Positions 12,824 through 27,110 of a stretch of 64,000 bases of DNA are shown one piece after another. Each line of letters opens with the position of its first letter. The first letter of the stretch is position 1. The position numbers were made by a program, and so were the translations under genes. The notes beneath the pieces are model-generated. The model was not told the origin of the DNA and did not search any database. It saw only the letters and a list, made by a program, of their open reading frames with translations. The stretch is from contig JBHGNT010000004.1 in NCBI GenBank assembly GCA_043228905.1, positions 24,490,001-24,554,000 on the forward strand. Reading direction: 5' to 3'. Origin of the DNA: Azolla caroliniana. Its lineage: Eukaryota > Plantae > Polypodiophyta.

Positions 12824-12995
12824 TGTCAATTAGGAGAACTCCCATAGTTACTAATCCCCTAATTATTCAAGGAAGTGTCAATTAGAGCTCTCATAGTTAC
12901 TAATCCCCTAACTATTCTAGGAGTGTCAATTAGAGCTCTCATAGTTACTAATCCCCTAATTATTCTAGGAAGTGTCAACTAGAGCTCCCTAGTTT
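12824..12995. repeat. Minisatellite, about 3.5 copies of a ~48-bp unit
   Basis: gtcaattagagctctcatagttactaatcccctaattattc(a/t)aggaagt repeated in tandem. Confidence 0.85.
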
Positions 12996-15900
12996 TATAT
13001 AGTTCCCTCTTTTATAGAGAGACTTGGGAGGGAAGACTATACAACTGCATGCCACATTATAGCTTTGTCGATTGCATCAATCATTTTCTAAGATAATTCA
13101 AATTCAACAATGACATTTTATTTGATCTCGAACCCTTTATAATTATATGTGGCTGATCATACATTTACATTGCGTCATAATGTTACAACTCGTTGGATGA
13201 CCAACACTATCCTAAGCATAATGTGCAACATATCTCCTTTGTACATAATATAAGACACTCATAATATCTCATTATTCTAATCCATAATATTACTCCTTAT
13301 AGGTTTCACGATCTTATTACATTCAACTTTTTAGATTACTAATAAACATAAAACATTTAAGATATCCTCACCAATTTGATTATGTCAATTATTGTTTACA
13401 AATTCACGGGTGTGTTGTATTGAAATTCTTAGATTGCAAATAAATATAAGACACTTAAGATGTTCCCTCCATTTTGAGCCAACAAATTATCGCTACAAAT
13501 AAATGTAAGATACTTATGATGTCACTAGTCATGTATGTCAAACAAATGTAGGGAGCATGACATGGGAATGACTAGATGTAAGAAAAGCATGAATGAATGT
13601 GTGAAAGATTTAGCAAGCAGATAGGTTGATGAGCAAGGGATCAAACAAGAGGGTGAATGAAGTTGTTGATGATAAGATAGGCGGATGAACAAGTAGAAGT
13701 GCAGATGAGAGAATGTGCAAACAAGAGGGGGGTGGAATGAGAGGACAAGCAATGAGTTGGATATTGGACGATAAGATGAATGAAAATGTAGATGAGTGGG
13801 TCTAAGGATTTGATGATGGATGGACGAGATCATGTGACTTCGATTAGGTGAATACATATATGAGCAAACATAGGAGTTAAATTGAATGAGCAAAGCTAGA
13901 AGAGGGGAGAGGCATAGATGCAAGAAAAGATGAGACAAACATGGTGAACTTGACAATGCTACTAGTCATGATGATGGAAATTTGGTATAATGAGGATTTA
14001 ACAAGATAGATTACATAATGGATTGAACTAATGATGATCAAAGGAATACAATATTAAGGAGACGAATGGATTAAGTATGCTTAACCACATCGACCATCCC
14101 CAAGCAAAGGACATGAGAAAAACATATAATTCCTTCGATGTCCCAAACCAGTGAATGTTACATTATGTTCTACTTTGGTAGTTGAGTAAAGGGTCTGAGA
14201 AGAGAGCTTCAACTCACCTAAAGAGTCTCACGATGTCGTAGGAAGAGGCTTCCATACCACTACATGTTCCAACTTCCCATGTGTCATACTTATGGGTTTG
14301 TCCCAAATCTTGGGATAACTAATTTCCCAACTATCCTAACATTAACCCATTAATATTAGAATTAGAATTGGCCTTTAAGGTTATCCTTATAACAAACAAG
14401 AAGACACATTGATAACAGGGATTTAATTGACATTGATCTACTTGAGGTCTACCTTGGGGAATCCCCTTTTTATACATTGTGTACATCCTCTAGGGGGCTT
14501 GCAAGCAAATAACACTACAATCTACGCAACCTTTACTTTCCACATCCCAAGGTTGAAGGTTTAATGTAATGTAATGCTCTCTAAGATATTTGACTTCCAT
14601 TTTTTAACACCCCCCTAACCCCGAAATTACTTTCAACCTTTAGGACACATCACACACCTAAGATTTCTTTGGTAGATATGTCTCCTTGCAATGAATTTGA
14701 CTTGGGCTTCATTTGCCTTACGATCTCCCTTTGATTTGAAAGGTATGTATGTATAATACTTAATGATGAATGTTTTTAGACTTTGTCGCCTCCAAAAGTG
14801 ACAATATTCCTTGAAACAATTTTTTATTTTATGCGGAATCATTTGTCATTTTGATATGCCCCACAACTAATTGCCTTTTGTTCCAATTATTACCTCCTTT
14901 CCCATCAAAACTGGTCTTTGGTAATTAAGAAGCTTACAATAACTATGTGTTTTCTATTCTATTTAGAGTTTGTAAAATTCTTCATATTATGAATACCCAC
15001 TTTCGTGGCAATGTCAAGAGTTCAATTTCGTCAAAAACAAGTACTCTATTACTATGACTTTGTAATCTTATGGTGCACTCTACACAATAATGATCAGATG
15101 GAAACTTTTACAATTTCTATTCCTATTTGTACTACCTTGAATATCATCATGGCTCAATTTGAAGTATGGTTCATCTAGTGAAAAAAGACTTTTGTTGGAA
15201 AATTGAGAAGTCAAATTTGGGAATTATGCACCAAAAAGTAAAAGAATTCCACACACACAGTAGTAATTCCTTGTCTTTATAACACAAATAATGCATATCT
15301 TTGTGATGTATTTGATTGTGTACCTCATTTAGATATGAAGGACGGGTTTCCTTCTTATGCATGGTTACAAATTTCTAATTTTGTTGTGTTTTGGTATTTT
15401 ATTGTTTCTTTTCACAACGTTGAGTGCACTATCCATGTTACCTTACATGTACATACTACCTACTAGCATATTTTGTACTTAAGTTGGTTGTCTATATAAC
15501 CAGTTTGGTAAATATTATGTTTTCTTTAGTTAGATCTAGGTGTCACTTTATTATCATGGAAAAAGTACATTGCAATTGTGTGCATTCGATGAACTTATTA
15601 GATACCTCTCATTCAAGAATTGCAATTGTCCACATGACAATACAAGTGACTTGATGATACAAGGATAAAGGTACAAGACGAAATGTTTACACCAAGGCCT
15701 AAAAGAAAAAGAAAAGAACCCATACTAAAAAAATGGGTGGTCGATACTCTTGAATGTCCATGGAAAAATCAATGATTTTTAGGACTCAAAGGCCATCTAA
15801 TGACGCCTAGAAAGAAAAAGGAAAAAGAAAAACAATGAGACTTGTGATCTTGCAAACTTCATTCGTGCATGATTGAAAAAGAAGGAAGTCTCATAGATCA

Positions 15901-16094
15901 AAGCATCCCCAACCCCCCTCTCTTTCAAATCATGCCATGACCTTTACTTTACAAGAGACTCGACAAAAGACAGAAGAAGACAAATGTTAGGTAATGCACA
16001 AGCCCGTTTCCTTTCCTCTGTTATTAAGAGGATGAGGTGCTAGGAGTTGGGGTGGTATGCACAATATTCTCTACACGATATCATAGCTCCACAT

Positions 16095-18286
16095 TTACAT
16101 GGCCGCAATTGTTGTTCTTTTTACAAACCTCCCCTGAAATCATCCAACAAGATGGAGAGTTAGCTCCGCACTACAATTTAAAAGTAGAGCTTCAAAAAGT
16201 AGAGCTTTGCTTAAGACAAGAGTGGCATACCTTCATTCGAGGTCGTCTTTCTGCATTGAGCTTGCGGACTTCATAGCGTATTTTCTTCGAGAAGAGCCTT
16301 GTACGCCTCTTCTCGCGGTATCGTGACACTCGAGCCTCTCGCCCACTATCTGTCACCAACATGGGCACCTGTCCTACTTGGCTAGCACCACCATTGTTGT
16401 CACCGTTGGACTTGTCCACCATTAATATTGCTCCACCGTATTGCTCTACATTCCCCTAATACCATAGCATCATTCACAATGAGTATAGGATACACTATGA
16501 ATGCATTAATATATATATAAACCACAAACTTCAATTAACTTATAACCAAAACTTGAGGCCTGAAAATGCAATAAATTGAGATACACGTAGAAGTGTCCAC
16601 CATGGCACTTCTATAAACTTAGCATCACTAAAAGAGACAAGTTAATGCATTAAATGAGCATGTCCATCCATGGGAGTTAAGGATACTTACATAGCCAAAA
16701 AGGCAAATATCCGGGACAATTTGAGGCCTTTGACCATCCATCCACAAGGATCCTCTATCAGACCATGCATTTAGAACTTCTTCATAGTCCAACCTTAGTG
16801 ACAAAACTTTCCTTGAAGGTAATGGTTGTGGCAACCCCACCTCTCCATCCATTAATTCTTCCATCTTCACACATGATCCAATCTCCACTAAGGCCCTCTC
16901 TCCCTTCCCATTGAAAGGATTCCCTTCAAAGATGACATTGCCATTACAAGCCATTTGATCTTCCCCATAGGCTTCTCTCCATATCTCTACACCAGGGAAT
17001 TCTTCTTGGATGTCGCTACCATTTAGTTGATCATCATCAAGGTTTGCATTAATGGAGCATAGATCCATCATGTCAAATGTATCGATCTCCGAGTCTTCAT
17101 TGATCGAAAGGCTCCCATCATCGATGAAATCACATCCTCGGAAACTATTTGTTTCCACGTTAGACGACGAGATCCCACTTAATCCTTCACCACTGTTGTT
17201 GTCGCATGTGTCATGTGTGGGGCTAAATTCGAGGTTTGGGGGTGCATGGATATCGGGGTTATCATTTATATGACAACAACTCGCATTAGTTATGCAAAAT
17301 GACGGACTAGTCGAGCACGACGGGGATAAGATCTTCTCCATCAAGTCCCCATGATGGTTCACATCATCAATGAGCTCTTGTAAGAGAGGTTCATATGTGG
17401 GGACTTCATGGTGTGACATGGATTGATCACTAGTGGTGAAGCAAGTATTGTAAGCACCATGGCTTAGAGTGAAGGGATCCTCCTTATAAGGCAATGGGGG
17501 GTAGTCATGACCAAATTTATCCATGCAATCATCATCACATGACAAAAGAGAGTCAAACAAGAGGATGGAATCTTGATCTTGATCAATTATGTCCTTCTCC
17601 TCCTTCACCATAGAACTTATAGGGTTGCCACAAGTTATGTATTGATCATGATCGTGCTCGATATTATTGGGATGTGGATGATTCGATAAGATAAGGTTCG
17701 ATGGGGTAACCGGGGTGAAACACTTGGCACGGGGTGTCCGGGCACGTTTCCTAGAGCTTCGCCACCACCGACGAGAACCCATTGAGCTCATGATGTCCCC
17801 TTGGTCTTGACATACTACTTGTTCTTCTTTTGCTTGCTCTTGCTCTCGCTCTTCTTCTTCTACCTTAGGGACTTGTTGGCTTAACACATTAGCAGCTCCA
17901 CCCTCTAGTAGTAGTAGTGGCAAGGATTCATCATGAATCTCATGATCACAATCCATTCTAATGTTATGATTCGAGCCGAGTTTGTTACCGCCCGCAGTCT
18001 TGCGAATTTTGTTGGTGTGGCCAGAGGAATGATGATGGTGGTGATGAGAGGGTTTGAGCTTCATGGGAGCTCCATTGGGACCCAATTTAACTCTGTCATG
18101 CTTCCTCGCGACAGAATTCGCAGAATGGACAGATGCATCGCACCTCTCGCACAGATATGCCTCATCCGCGGCGCAATACCATCGAGCCCTCTCTTTACCA
18201 CACATGTCACATGCCCTCGCCCCCCGCCCCGCTATAGCCATACCTGACCTCGAGTATGTTTGATTGCTCGAAATGACCGACACCAT
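16095..18286 (-). CDS. COL16: CONSTANS-like B-box/CCT protein of the single-B-box group (COL6/7/8/16-like), 3 exons: 18286-16691, 16455-16231, 16133-16095
   Basis: B-box [41 protein letters not shown], group motif [21 protein letters not shown], and CCT domain [37 protein letters not shown]|GRFVKR. GT-AG junctions are in phase. The symbol marks the group, not strict orthology. Confidence 0.93.
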
Positions 18287-18846
18287 CCTCTTCTTCCTCC
18301 TCCTCCTCCGATGATGAGTTAATTGAATCGAGATTGTAAGCGAGCTTCTTCAATGCGGAAATTCGCAATTGACATGTAGTATGCAAAGTATAATCTTATA
18401 AATCCATGTGTGTGCAATCCTCGCCACATCCGTAGTAGTAGTAGTAGGCGATCGTCTTGCACTAATCGGAGATCGGGGAGTGTTGTTTCGACAAATTGTG
18501 TTGGGGTTTTTTTTTGTTTTTGCGATGGATCGGATTGTTTGAAAATCCAAGAATCCAGTTAGTTAATTAGCCCACCACATCAGAAGTTAATTATGATAGC
18601 GAACAGAATTGATTAGGAACGGCTAAGGGATTAAACCCATGTGGGATACGGGGATTAAGCATTTCAAAACATGATTAAGGGAAGTATCAAGGGAGCATTT
18701 TGAGGACTTATAAGAAGAGGAAACAGGGTAGATGATGATGATGATGATGATGATGATGGAAACATTATTAATAAATAAAAATTAACTGCAGAATAAATAA
18801 TAAAAAGAACAAAAGAACACGTAGGATAATCACAATCTATGAAGCA

Positions 18847-18969
18847 GTATGTATGTATGTATGTATGTATGTATGTATGTGTGTGTGTGTGTATGTAAGT
18901 ATGTATGTATGTGTGTATGTAAGTATGTATGTATGTGTGTATGTATGTATGTATGTATGTATGTATGTA

Positions 18970-19004
<35 letters not shown>

Positions 19005-19031
19005 AAGTATGTATGTATGTATGTATGTATG
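18847..19031. repeat. Compound (TATG)n/(TG)n microsatellite upstream of the COL gene
   Basis: Directly visible; it generates the spurious HTYI/MYVC ORFs. Confidence 0.95.
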
Positions 19032-19267
19032 CATAGTAAGAACCATACGTGCATTCGCATTCGAGTATGTTAAACACCCTCGAAGTATGGTAAATACCAT
19101 ACTTTTGTATTCATTATTTATTATAAGGAAAAAAAAAATTTAACGTATGAAAGTTTAGGTAAAAAGGGTAAAAAAAAACCTAAGAATGTTTTGATAACCT
19201 ACGCATTCGTTTGCATTCGTTTGTAAAAGAATGTTTGGCAATGCATTCGAGTATATTACGTACTATG
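19032..19267. mobile_element. Second, inverted copy of the CATAGTA hAT-type MITE
   Basis: Same termini CATAGTA...TACTATG. The start (aaccatacgtgcattcgcattcg) matches the reverse complement of the right end of the 11983-12268 copy. The TSD is imperfect (tatgtatg/tatgttac). Confidence 0.75.
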
Positions 19268-22200
19268 TATGTTACATATATAAATTGGTGAAGATACATA
19301 TACCATTCCTTTTCACATGAAAAACCTATACATTAAAAAAAACAGCACACACACAAAGCAATAACAAACAAAACACAATACAATCCAAAAAACACAAAAG
19401 GGTGGGGGCTCCAACACATCTTTTTCGAACAAGTTTTAGTTTATTATATTTACGTCCCACGCCTTCTCGATGATCAATGTTTTGTTTTGGATGATTTCGT
19501 CGATCCCTCGATGATGATTGGAATTTGGGATGTTACTGGTTTGTCCCCACCACCACCTCACCGTGGGTGTCAGCCTTTTCCACATCACCTTATCTGCCTT
19601 CTCCTTGCCACATTGCAATCCCTCATTGGCTCGTCTGCATTTTATCTGGATTATCTCCCCTCCTATAGGCTCCCCTTTCTGCCCCCCACTTTCTAGTACA
19701 TCTGCGCTTTTCCATAAAGTGAGTCGTTCCATACCCGTTGTTATCACGATACGTATTTCTCTCTCTCTTCTCGGTCTTTTCCTCCTTTTGAAATCTTCTG
19801 CGGAGGGAGGGAGGAAAACAACAAGTTAGGTTCCATTCATAATTATCACCCAAAAAACCCAACAACTTTTCAAGCAGGAAAAAAACAACACAACTTTACA
19901 TGTTCAAGTACAATATGAAGGCATTTAGCCTTTATGCATCACCGTTACCAACCTTTTTTTGTACATGGGGTATTTACAACCCCATACGCAAACTACATAT
20001 GAAATCATGGGATTAGACCTACTGTCTTAGAATTGAATAAATGTTTCTTTTTCCTGTTAGAGTGAGCACAATATTTACCAATAGCTTGAAAGTAAATGAA
20101 AGATCTAATGGAAGCATAGGCCATTGACATATTAGGTGTTAGCAATCATGAAGTTCATGGACATGTCTAAGCTATCTTCCCACAAATGCAAATTTAATTT
20201 TGGTGAAATTTATAATCCACAAAGCATGCAAAGTATACGAAAAAATGGTACTCTAAAGGTGGATTTACATGATGGTGTGGTTAGAGACTAAAGGTAACAA
20301 GTGTATTCTAACGGTGGATAAACATGATGGTGTGCTAGGAGACTAAAGGTGACACATTCAAGTCTCAACTCAAGCAATGGGTTTAATGTTGCTTGATTCA
20401 CTAGCACATGTCCATTTAAATGTTTTATTATATTGGAATGGACATACACTATTGTCTAATGAGTTTACTATTGAGATTACAAATATCGATACAGTAGTTA
20501 GAATGGGATAAACATGATGCTTTGTTGTGTTTTGTATGTTAAGGTTATGAGTTCAAGTCTTAGGTTAGAATAGGTAACATTGATTTTACAATAAGTTAAG
20601 AAATGAGTTTCCAATTTTGGTATAACTATAAGCTCAATTTTTGAATCTCGCTTGTTATTTGTTGATGTTTTTAGAGAGAACTTTGAAATATGCTAATTAG
20701 CTGTCTAGAGTTATTAACCACTTTCATGTATTCCCACCCCTAAGTTTGAATCCGACTTGTTTAAAAGACATGATCCAAATCTATATTGGACGGAGCTTCC
20801 AAACTTTGCATTGGCTTAGGTTCTCATTGAATCATAATCCCAACATTCTCTTCTTTCTCCAGTAGAGAGAACCAACAAAAATATTGCATTGGACTGAGCT
20901 CCTCGACTTGAGTTGTCCATTGTAAATTTGAGTTGCTTTTTCTTTTTCCTTTAATAGAATTCCTCCCTAATTCCAACTTCTAAAATTTCAAAGGACCTAC
21001 TTGGTTCACTTTTCTTTTCTTGGATTTTGTTTGATCAAAGAGAGGAAATAACTTAATATCAATATTGAACATCACTTTCTCATGCTCAGGACCCAATGTG
21101 GATTCTAATTGTCGAAATTTCCATAGAATCCCTTGTATGCTTTCCATGGAAGTAACCCACGTTCCCCAAAGTCCTTACAATTTTTGCAAACACATATATG
21201 GAAGCATTCATGTTAACTGTAAAATCGAAAAGGACAAATGCTCTTTCATCATCATATTTCTATGGCTAAGATACCTCAAAAAAACAAATGAATTTCACTC
21301 CCATAAATCTCCTCCAACCCCCCCCCTCTTGATTTCACTCTTCTAGATTCCTTGCAAAGATGTGAAAGCACTTCATGACATTTGGAATATCCATCTTTAT
21401 GATGCATAAGTATAAAGGCACAACAATGCCTTTGGTAATGTCTCTCACTTTTTAGTAGTTGACATTGATGTAATGGAAATAAACTTTGTTATGATTGTAG
21501 CGAGTTGCAATTTCTTTTGGTTAATCCCAACACCTGTAGTTTATAGAGATATATGAAGTCACATAAAGTGTAACACAATCTATGGAATAATAATTTTTTT
21601 GGCTATTTTGATCAATGTATGTATTATGTCTCGTTAGCAATAGCTACGTATCCCTATTCACATGCATGAATTGAAAGCGATCAAATTGATAATGATGGAA
21701 TCCCAATTTTGTAACTTTGTTAGTCATGATGAAAACTTTGTTTTGTTATAGGGCGCAATGTAGTAATAATATTGATCTTTCTTATTATTAATACATTATG
21801 CAATTCATCAAATGGTATTTTATTAGGGCCTCGGAAAGCTTATTTTTTAAACGTTATGTAAAAAATGGAATGGGTCACTCCGTTTATCAAAACGTAATTG
21901 GCCGGAATGGATTGGTGGTTATTATTCCCCTATTCATGTTTTTAACCTTTGCTATTACTAAATTCTTTACACTTACTTCGAAAACCATGAAAGTGGTTGT
22001 TGGTAAGTGACCCACACACTTCATGAAAGCTCCAAAGTGTTGCTATCTTCTTTTCTCACATTGGGCATCCTAAGTAGTATTCATGACCGGATCAAATTTA
22101 TATGAATATCTTAAGCAATCTACCATATTCAATTAATATACGTACTTTTGACATAGATTTGGGAAAATAAAACCCTTAAGAATCAAGTATCTAGGGTTGG

Positions 22201-23451
22201 GTCCAAATCATTGAGTCGACTTATAGTATATTCATTGTGGAAAAAGAAGGTCTGGATTAATAAATATACATATTTATTTTGCATGTATATATACCCATGG
22301 CCTTACTATATACAAATAATTGTCAAAATAAGCAAAACTTTTAACATGAAGAAATATAAACATTTATGTAGATTACTTATCATAAATATCGTAATAATAA
22401 AACAAACAATCTTACAAAGTAGTGGCCAAGCATGTACACACGTCATGTTGAAAATGTATTCACATGAAACATACAACATATTATTATGATGCAACAATTA
22501 CAGGCAAAAAACATTGGACACCAATCTTGTAAATGAACAAGACATATAATTTACATGCTAATTAGAAATGTCAAAGCATGCCTCACATGCATATGAGATT
22601 GAAGGTGGTGTCCACAAATTATTGTTGATAGATTCATGACTTTAGCATGTTGTAGTCCTAAAAATAAAAATATAAAAATATTACTTGAGATGTTAAGGGT
22701 AATATCAATTCTTGAATAGATGACTTAATGTTGTAGTCATGATAAAAAAACATTTAGATCATGCACACTAATGTGTCTTGATAGGACAAAGTGTGAGCAA
22801 ATATCCACTATCTCCTATAGTTAGAGTCAATAGTAAAAGGACGTACAATAAGGACATACCTCTAGTGTTGCCAAGTCTTTAGGTTGACGAATTCTTAAAT
22901 ATGGGCTACAAAGAACATTTTTCTCACCTCCGAGATAATGAGGCCACACACAAACATAACATTTTGTTTGAAGAGCTTCGATTAGCTCTCTATCGTCTAC
23001 AACTTAATAATAATGACATAAGGAAAATTGTTGGCCTCTCAATGATTGAGTATTTGTGCACATAACATGGCAAGTTGTTTGAAGTGTCTAGAGTAGTTTA
23101 ATAAGCACGTCTCGGCTAATAAAAATTCTACTTAGGTTAATACAAAAATATGATGATATCTTCTCTTTTATTTTGTGTTCGTTTGTGTATCATTTACCAA
23201 TCTAGGTCTCAAGCATGCAGTGTTTTATATCCGAGATTCCACTTTTCCTTGTTTAGGCATTGGCTTCTTTAATTTAGTTTTCCATTGCTTCTAATAATGG
23301 CACAATGGGGTATTTCACGTGATATTTCTGTAGACTTATTGAGTTTCTTCTTAAGATCTGAAGATGACCTTGGATAATGCTCTAGTAGGATCGAATTTGG
23401 CATGTTGAAGATTTGTTTCTCGTGAAAAAAGCATGCATGCTTCCATTTTGA

Positions 23452-23752
23452 CATAATACACCGATGGCCGCAGCAAATGGAATGGATATACTATGGAAGT
23501 ATGAAGTACCTAGATGGTTGTTCCCCCCTCCCATTAGTTGAACGAGGTGCATGAAAGACATGGCATGTGGGATAGTGAATGTAGGTGAAGTGTATGAAAG
23601 GATGGCTAGAGACATATGTGAAAGTGTAAGATAAATAAGCGAGATCTCTTATGTAGGATAGGATAGTCTTGGCACGGCCTACCTAAGAAAGGGATCGAGT
23701 TTGTGTACATTTTAACTAATGGAGTATATTCTTTATTGGAAAAAAGAAGAAG
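23452..23752 (+). mobile_element. LINE 3' fragment (subfamily A)
   Basis: Encodes ILWKYEVPRWLFPPP, followed by a 3' UTR ending ttttaactaatggagtatattc and an A-rich tail. Nearly identical to the reverse complement of 62401-62700. Confidence 0.8.
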
Positions 23753-24989
23753 ATTAGGATGCACTCGTGGTGGATATAAAACAATGTCTATTTATGGTGT
23801 TGGTCTTCTTTCTCTTTTATTTTTTTTGCAATGCATATATTATTGGTCGGAAGTTTATCTTGAGGTAAAAATCAACACAAAATGTACAAACTTTTACTGC
23901 CCAAAAGCACTCAAGAAAACGGTGAAAAACATGTTTCGAAATTTCAGCAAATTGGAGGCGATCATAGAAAGATTGTCTCTAAGAGGGCTTAAAGAATGAA
24001 TGTGACAATAGCCGATCCCCCTAATCCGTACAATTTGGGCTTGTCCAAATAGTCCAAAATATCTAAAGTTAGAGCCAATGGGAAAAAAGACATTGTCATG
24101 AACCTAATCAAGAATATAGGCAAAATAACCAAAAGGATTTCTTGAATACTCAAAGGTTGCATTTTATTTTTTTAATTTGTTGATGAACAAGTACATAACA
24201 AGTGGATCATTGTTTCCAATCCTCTATGACATCTCAAACAAAGAGAATGCCTTTCTTCTAACCCAATAAATGTTACCATGAGAACAACTTTTGTTTAGGT
24301 GATAAGCTTGATCTCCAATGTTTATAAAATCTTTTCCTCCAAAAATTCAAATTTAGTGATTTTCCAAAGAGCATTACCATGCTCGTGAACAACCCAATCA
24401 ATGGAAGAAGGTAGCTTGTTGACATTATGCAATGACAATTACATTCATATGATACATATCTTTAATCGCAAACCGCAAAGCCTATTCGATATGTCCAAGA
24501 GTGCCACAAATATAAATGGTGGTGGTTGTTTTCTTTTCCCCTCTTTCTCATACTCTCTTTCTCTCTAAGATTCACATCCCACAATGCACATTGTGCATTC
24601 AAGCATTTACGAGCTTACTACGATGGAATACCTTTTGAAACACAACCTCTTTCTCATTCTTAGATTGATGTGTGATACAACTAGATTCCTTTCATTAATA
24701 TAAAATTGCATCGCTATTACAATCAACATTTCTCTTCTTCCTTTAAGAAAATCAAAGTGTTATCTTCTCCATCCTTATGGCTTTCAATGGATTGTGTATG
24801 CCTTTAATGATGACAATGGGTCTATATTCTCTAACTAGATTTGGCCATAAAAGAACAAAGAATTATGAGTTCCCATTTATTGTTGGGCCTTCTACACAAG
24901 GAAGGCTATGTATCCATGGTGTTGTGCAAACATAAATATAGTAAAAGAGCGTACAACATGCTAGGTTGTCACATGAATGTGTACTTATA

Positions 24990-25405
24990 TTGGGGAAAAT
25001 TAGTGAAAGGTATTGGAGAAAGGTATATTCTAGGATCTCATGTTGGCTGAACGGACGATACAACTCGATTGAAAGGAACTCGAATGAAGTAGAAAGGGCT
25101 CGGTCAAAGTTTTTGCTGAAATGGGGTCGTTCTCCTATGATGGTAAAATCATCGTCAGGGCCTAAATGGAACTACCAAGCACCGAGATGGCTGTTTCCAC
25201 CTACGACTTCCATTAGTGGACAAGAGATGTAAATATGTGGTTACCATGTAAAAAGAGTTAGCGGGATACTTTTGTTGTAAATATCAGGGTGGGGATTATG
25301 CTTAGTATTGTGTGGACTAGTGTGAGTTTTGCTGATTATGGTTGAACTTTGATGTACTTTGTTTGCTAACTAATGGGAAGTAGTGTTTTTTTTTGGAAAA
25401 AATAA
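24990..25405 (+). mobile_element. LINE 3' fragment (subfamily B)
   Basis: WLNGRYNSIERNSNEVERARSKFLLKWGRSPM..WNYQAPRWLFPP, then a 3' UTR and A tail. Homologous to 33914-34135 and 50357-50640. Confidence 0.8.
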
Positions 25406-26294
25406 GAAGCAATCAAATAGGAATGAATAGTTGCCCATTCTAGAGGTGACCTATGATAGTTCTAAAAACACTACAATACGTTATAGTCCATTCATGTTGA
25501 TGTCTAGAGTTTTTTGCATGTACTTAGTTAATCACTTTCTATAGCTAGGCTCCAAAAAATTTCAAGGGTGATACATGATCAAAGGCAAAAATCTTGTGAA
25601 GTGAGATATTGAGTCATTAAGTGGTTTTGAATGCTTGTACTCGAGGCATCACAACATGTATGACAACGTCACAATTAGTTGTGGAACTTGGCTCACTTCA
25701 TGATGTGAAAACCAAATTGAACTATTAAGATGGTTTAACGATGTTGTGTTGCCAATGAAACATGATGTGAAACCACTTCCAAAGCGAGGAAATTATATAT
25801 TTTTAAATGATATGTTAAAGAATGAAAATACCATTAGGAATATTATTCCAGAATCTATTGATATATATGTATATATATAAAATAAGAATACATATGAGGG
25901 AGTTTTGACATATTTTATTTGTAAAATATGTATGCTAAGTATTCTAAAAAAATGTAGAATACTTATCATACATATTTATGCATATTGTATGCTAAGTATT
26001 CTACAACAATGATATACATATATATATACTGTTACATATGTTAACTCAATGTGTTGATAAGTGGATAACACTAGTTTGAATCCTACATGAGCTAGAAATA
26101 AACTCTTCACTATAAAACAAAAGGGTGCCTCATTTGTGGGATTTTCTAGATTGGAGAGACAAAAGGATTGACGGAGTGAGAAAGAGAGAGATCTTAGTCA
26201 GAGTGAAAAGACATGAAAAAAACTTGTAGTGAGACAAGATTCTTGGAGTAGGGAGACCTAATGATAAGAGGAGATATAGGAGTTAAGAGACCGG

Positions 26295-27110
26295 TGTCGT
26301 GATGATTTCCGGCTACGGTGAGAAACTCAAGTAGGACAAATAAAATGGGAATGTGCAACATTGCACATGCACTTGCAAATTTGTATAATGAGAATAAGAT
26401 AACAAAATGTAAGGGGAAGGGTAACAATCTAAGGTGCTAAAGGTGCACCATGAGGTTCATAGAGGCATAAAGGTGATGTGCACTTTGTAGACTAGAGAAA
26501 AGTACATGAAGAATGGGTGTAGGGAGTAGTGGGCATTGAGTGTGAACGTGAGAGAAGAGAGAGTTAAAGGCCCACCGATTTAAGATCAAGGAAAAATATT
26601 CCCCATTGAAAGAAGGGGATTTGACCTCTCCTTTTGTAATGTGCCTCACCCCTTACTACTATAAAAGGGAGTGAGGGGTCTCTTGTGAAGGGGGTTGCCT
26701 ATTTTGAGTGAGGAGGGGCTTCCACTTTTGGGGTTTTCTTTGGGGAGTCGCCATTTTGTTGTTTCGGGGTAGACCATTAGGGTTTTAATGATCCTTATTT
26801 CGTTTTAGGGTTTGGGGTTTTAGGATCTCGTTTTTAGGGTTTCATTCTTCTTCTTCTTCTTCTTTACCTATCCGGTTAAGGTTTCTTGTAGCCATTTGGT
26901 TTGGCCTATGCGGCCATGGTTGTAATCGTTTGCAGATTCTTAATATAATTTATTTGTGTATCTTGCCTCCATCTATTTCTTGTTCAATGTTAATGTCTTA
27001 TTCTTTCTCCTCTCCTCTTGAGCGAAGCTCCCATTTCTCCTCTACTCCCTAGTCCAAGACCCCCTGTGGTCCCGCCAAGATCCTACACGTATTCGTGGAT
27101 TTCCGTGACA
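26295..27110 (+). mobile_element. Probable solo LTR
   Basis: TGTCG...TGACA termini, internal TATA-like ctataaaag near 26660, and flanks CCGG/CCAG (4-bp TSD with one CpG transition). Confidence 0.6.

Noticed and set aside
13525-13956. 143-aa minus-strand ORF
   Set aside because: Product of a purine-rich low-complexity strand with no recognisable motif.
17052-18263. Plus-strand ORFs overlapping the COL gene, and 52841-53228 over the PUB gene
   Set aside because: Antisense shadows of real coding exons.
18664-19143. HTYI/MYVC-repeat ORFs, and the similar ones at 61657-61965
   Set aside because: Translations of microsatellites.
21000-22100. Possible hAT transposase remnant on the minus strand
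   Set aside because: Only faint motif hints; cannot be supported without a profile search.
23960-24700. Possible retroelement gag zinc knuckle (ICGTLGH) on the minus strand
   Set aside because: A single degenerate motif with no supporting domains I can read.
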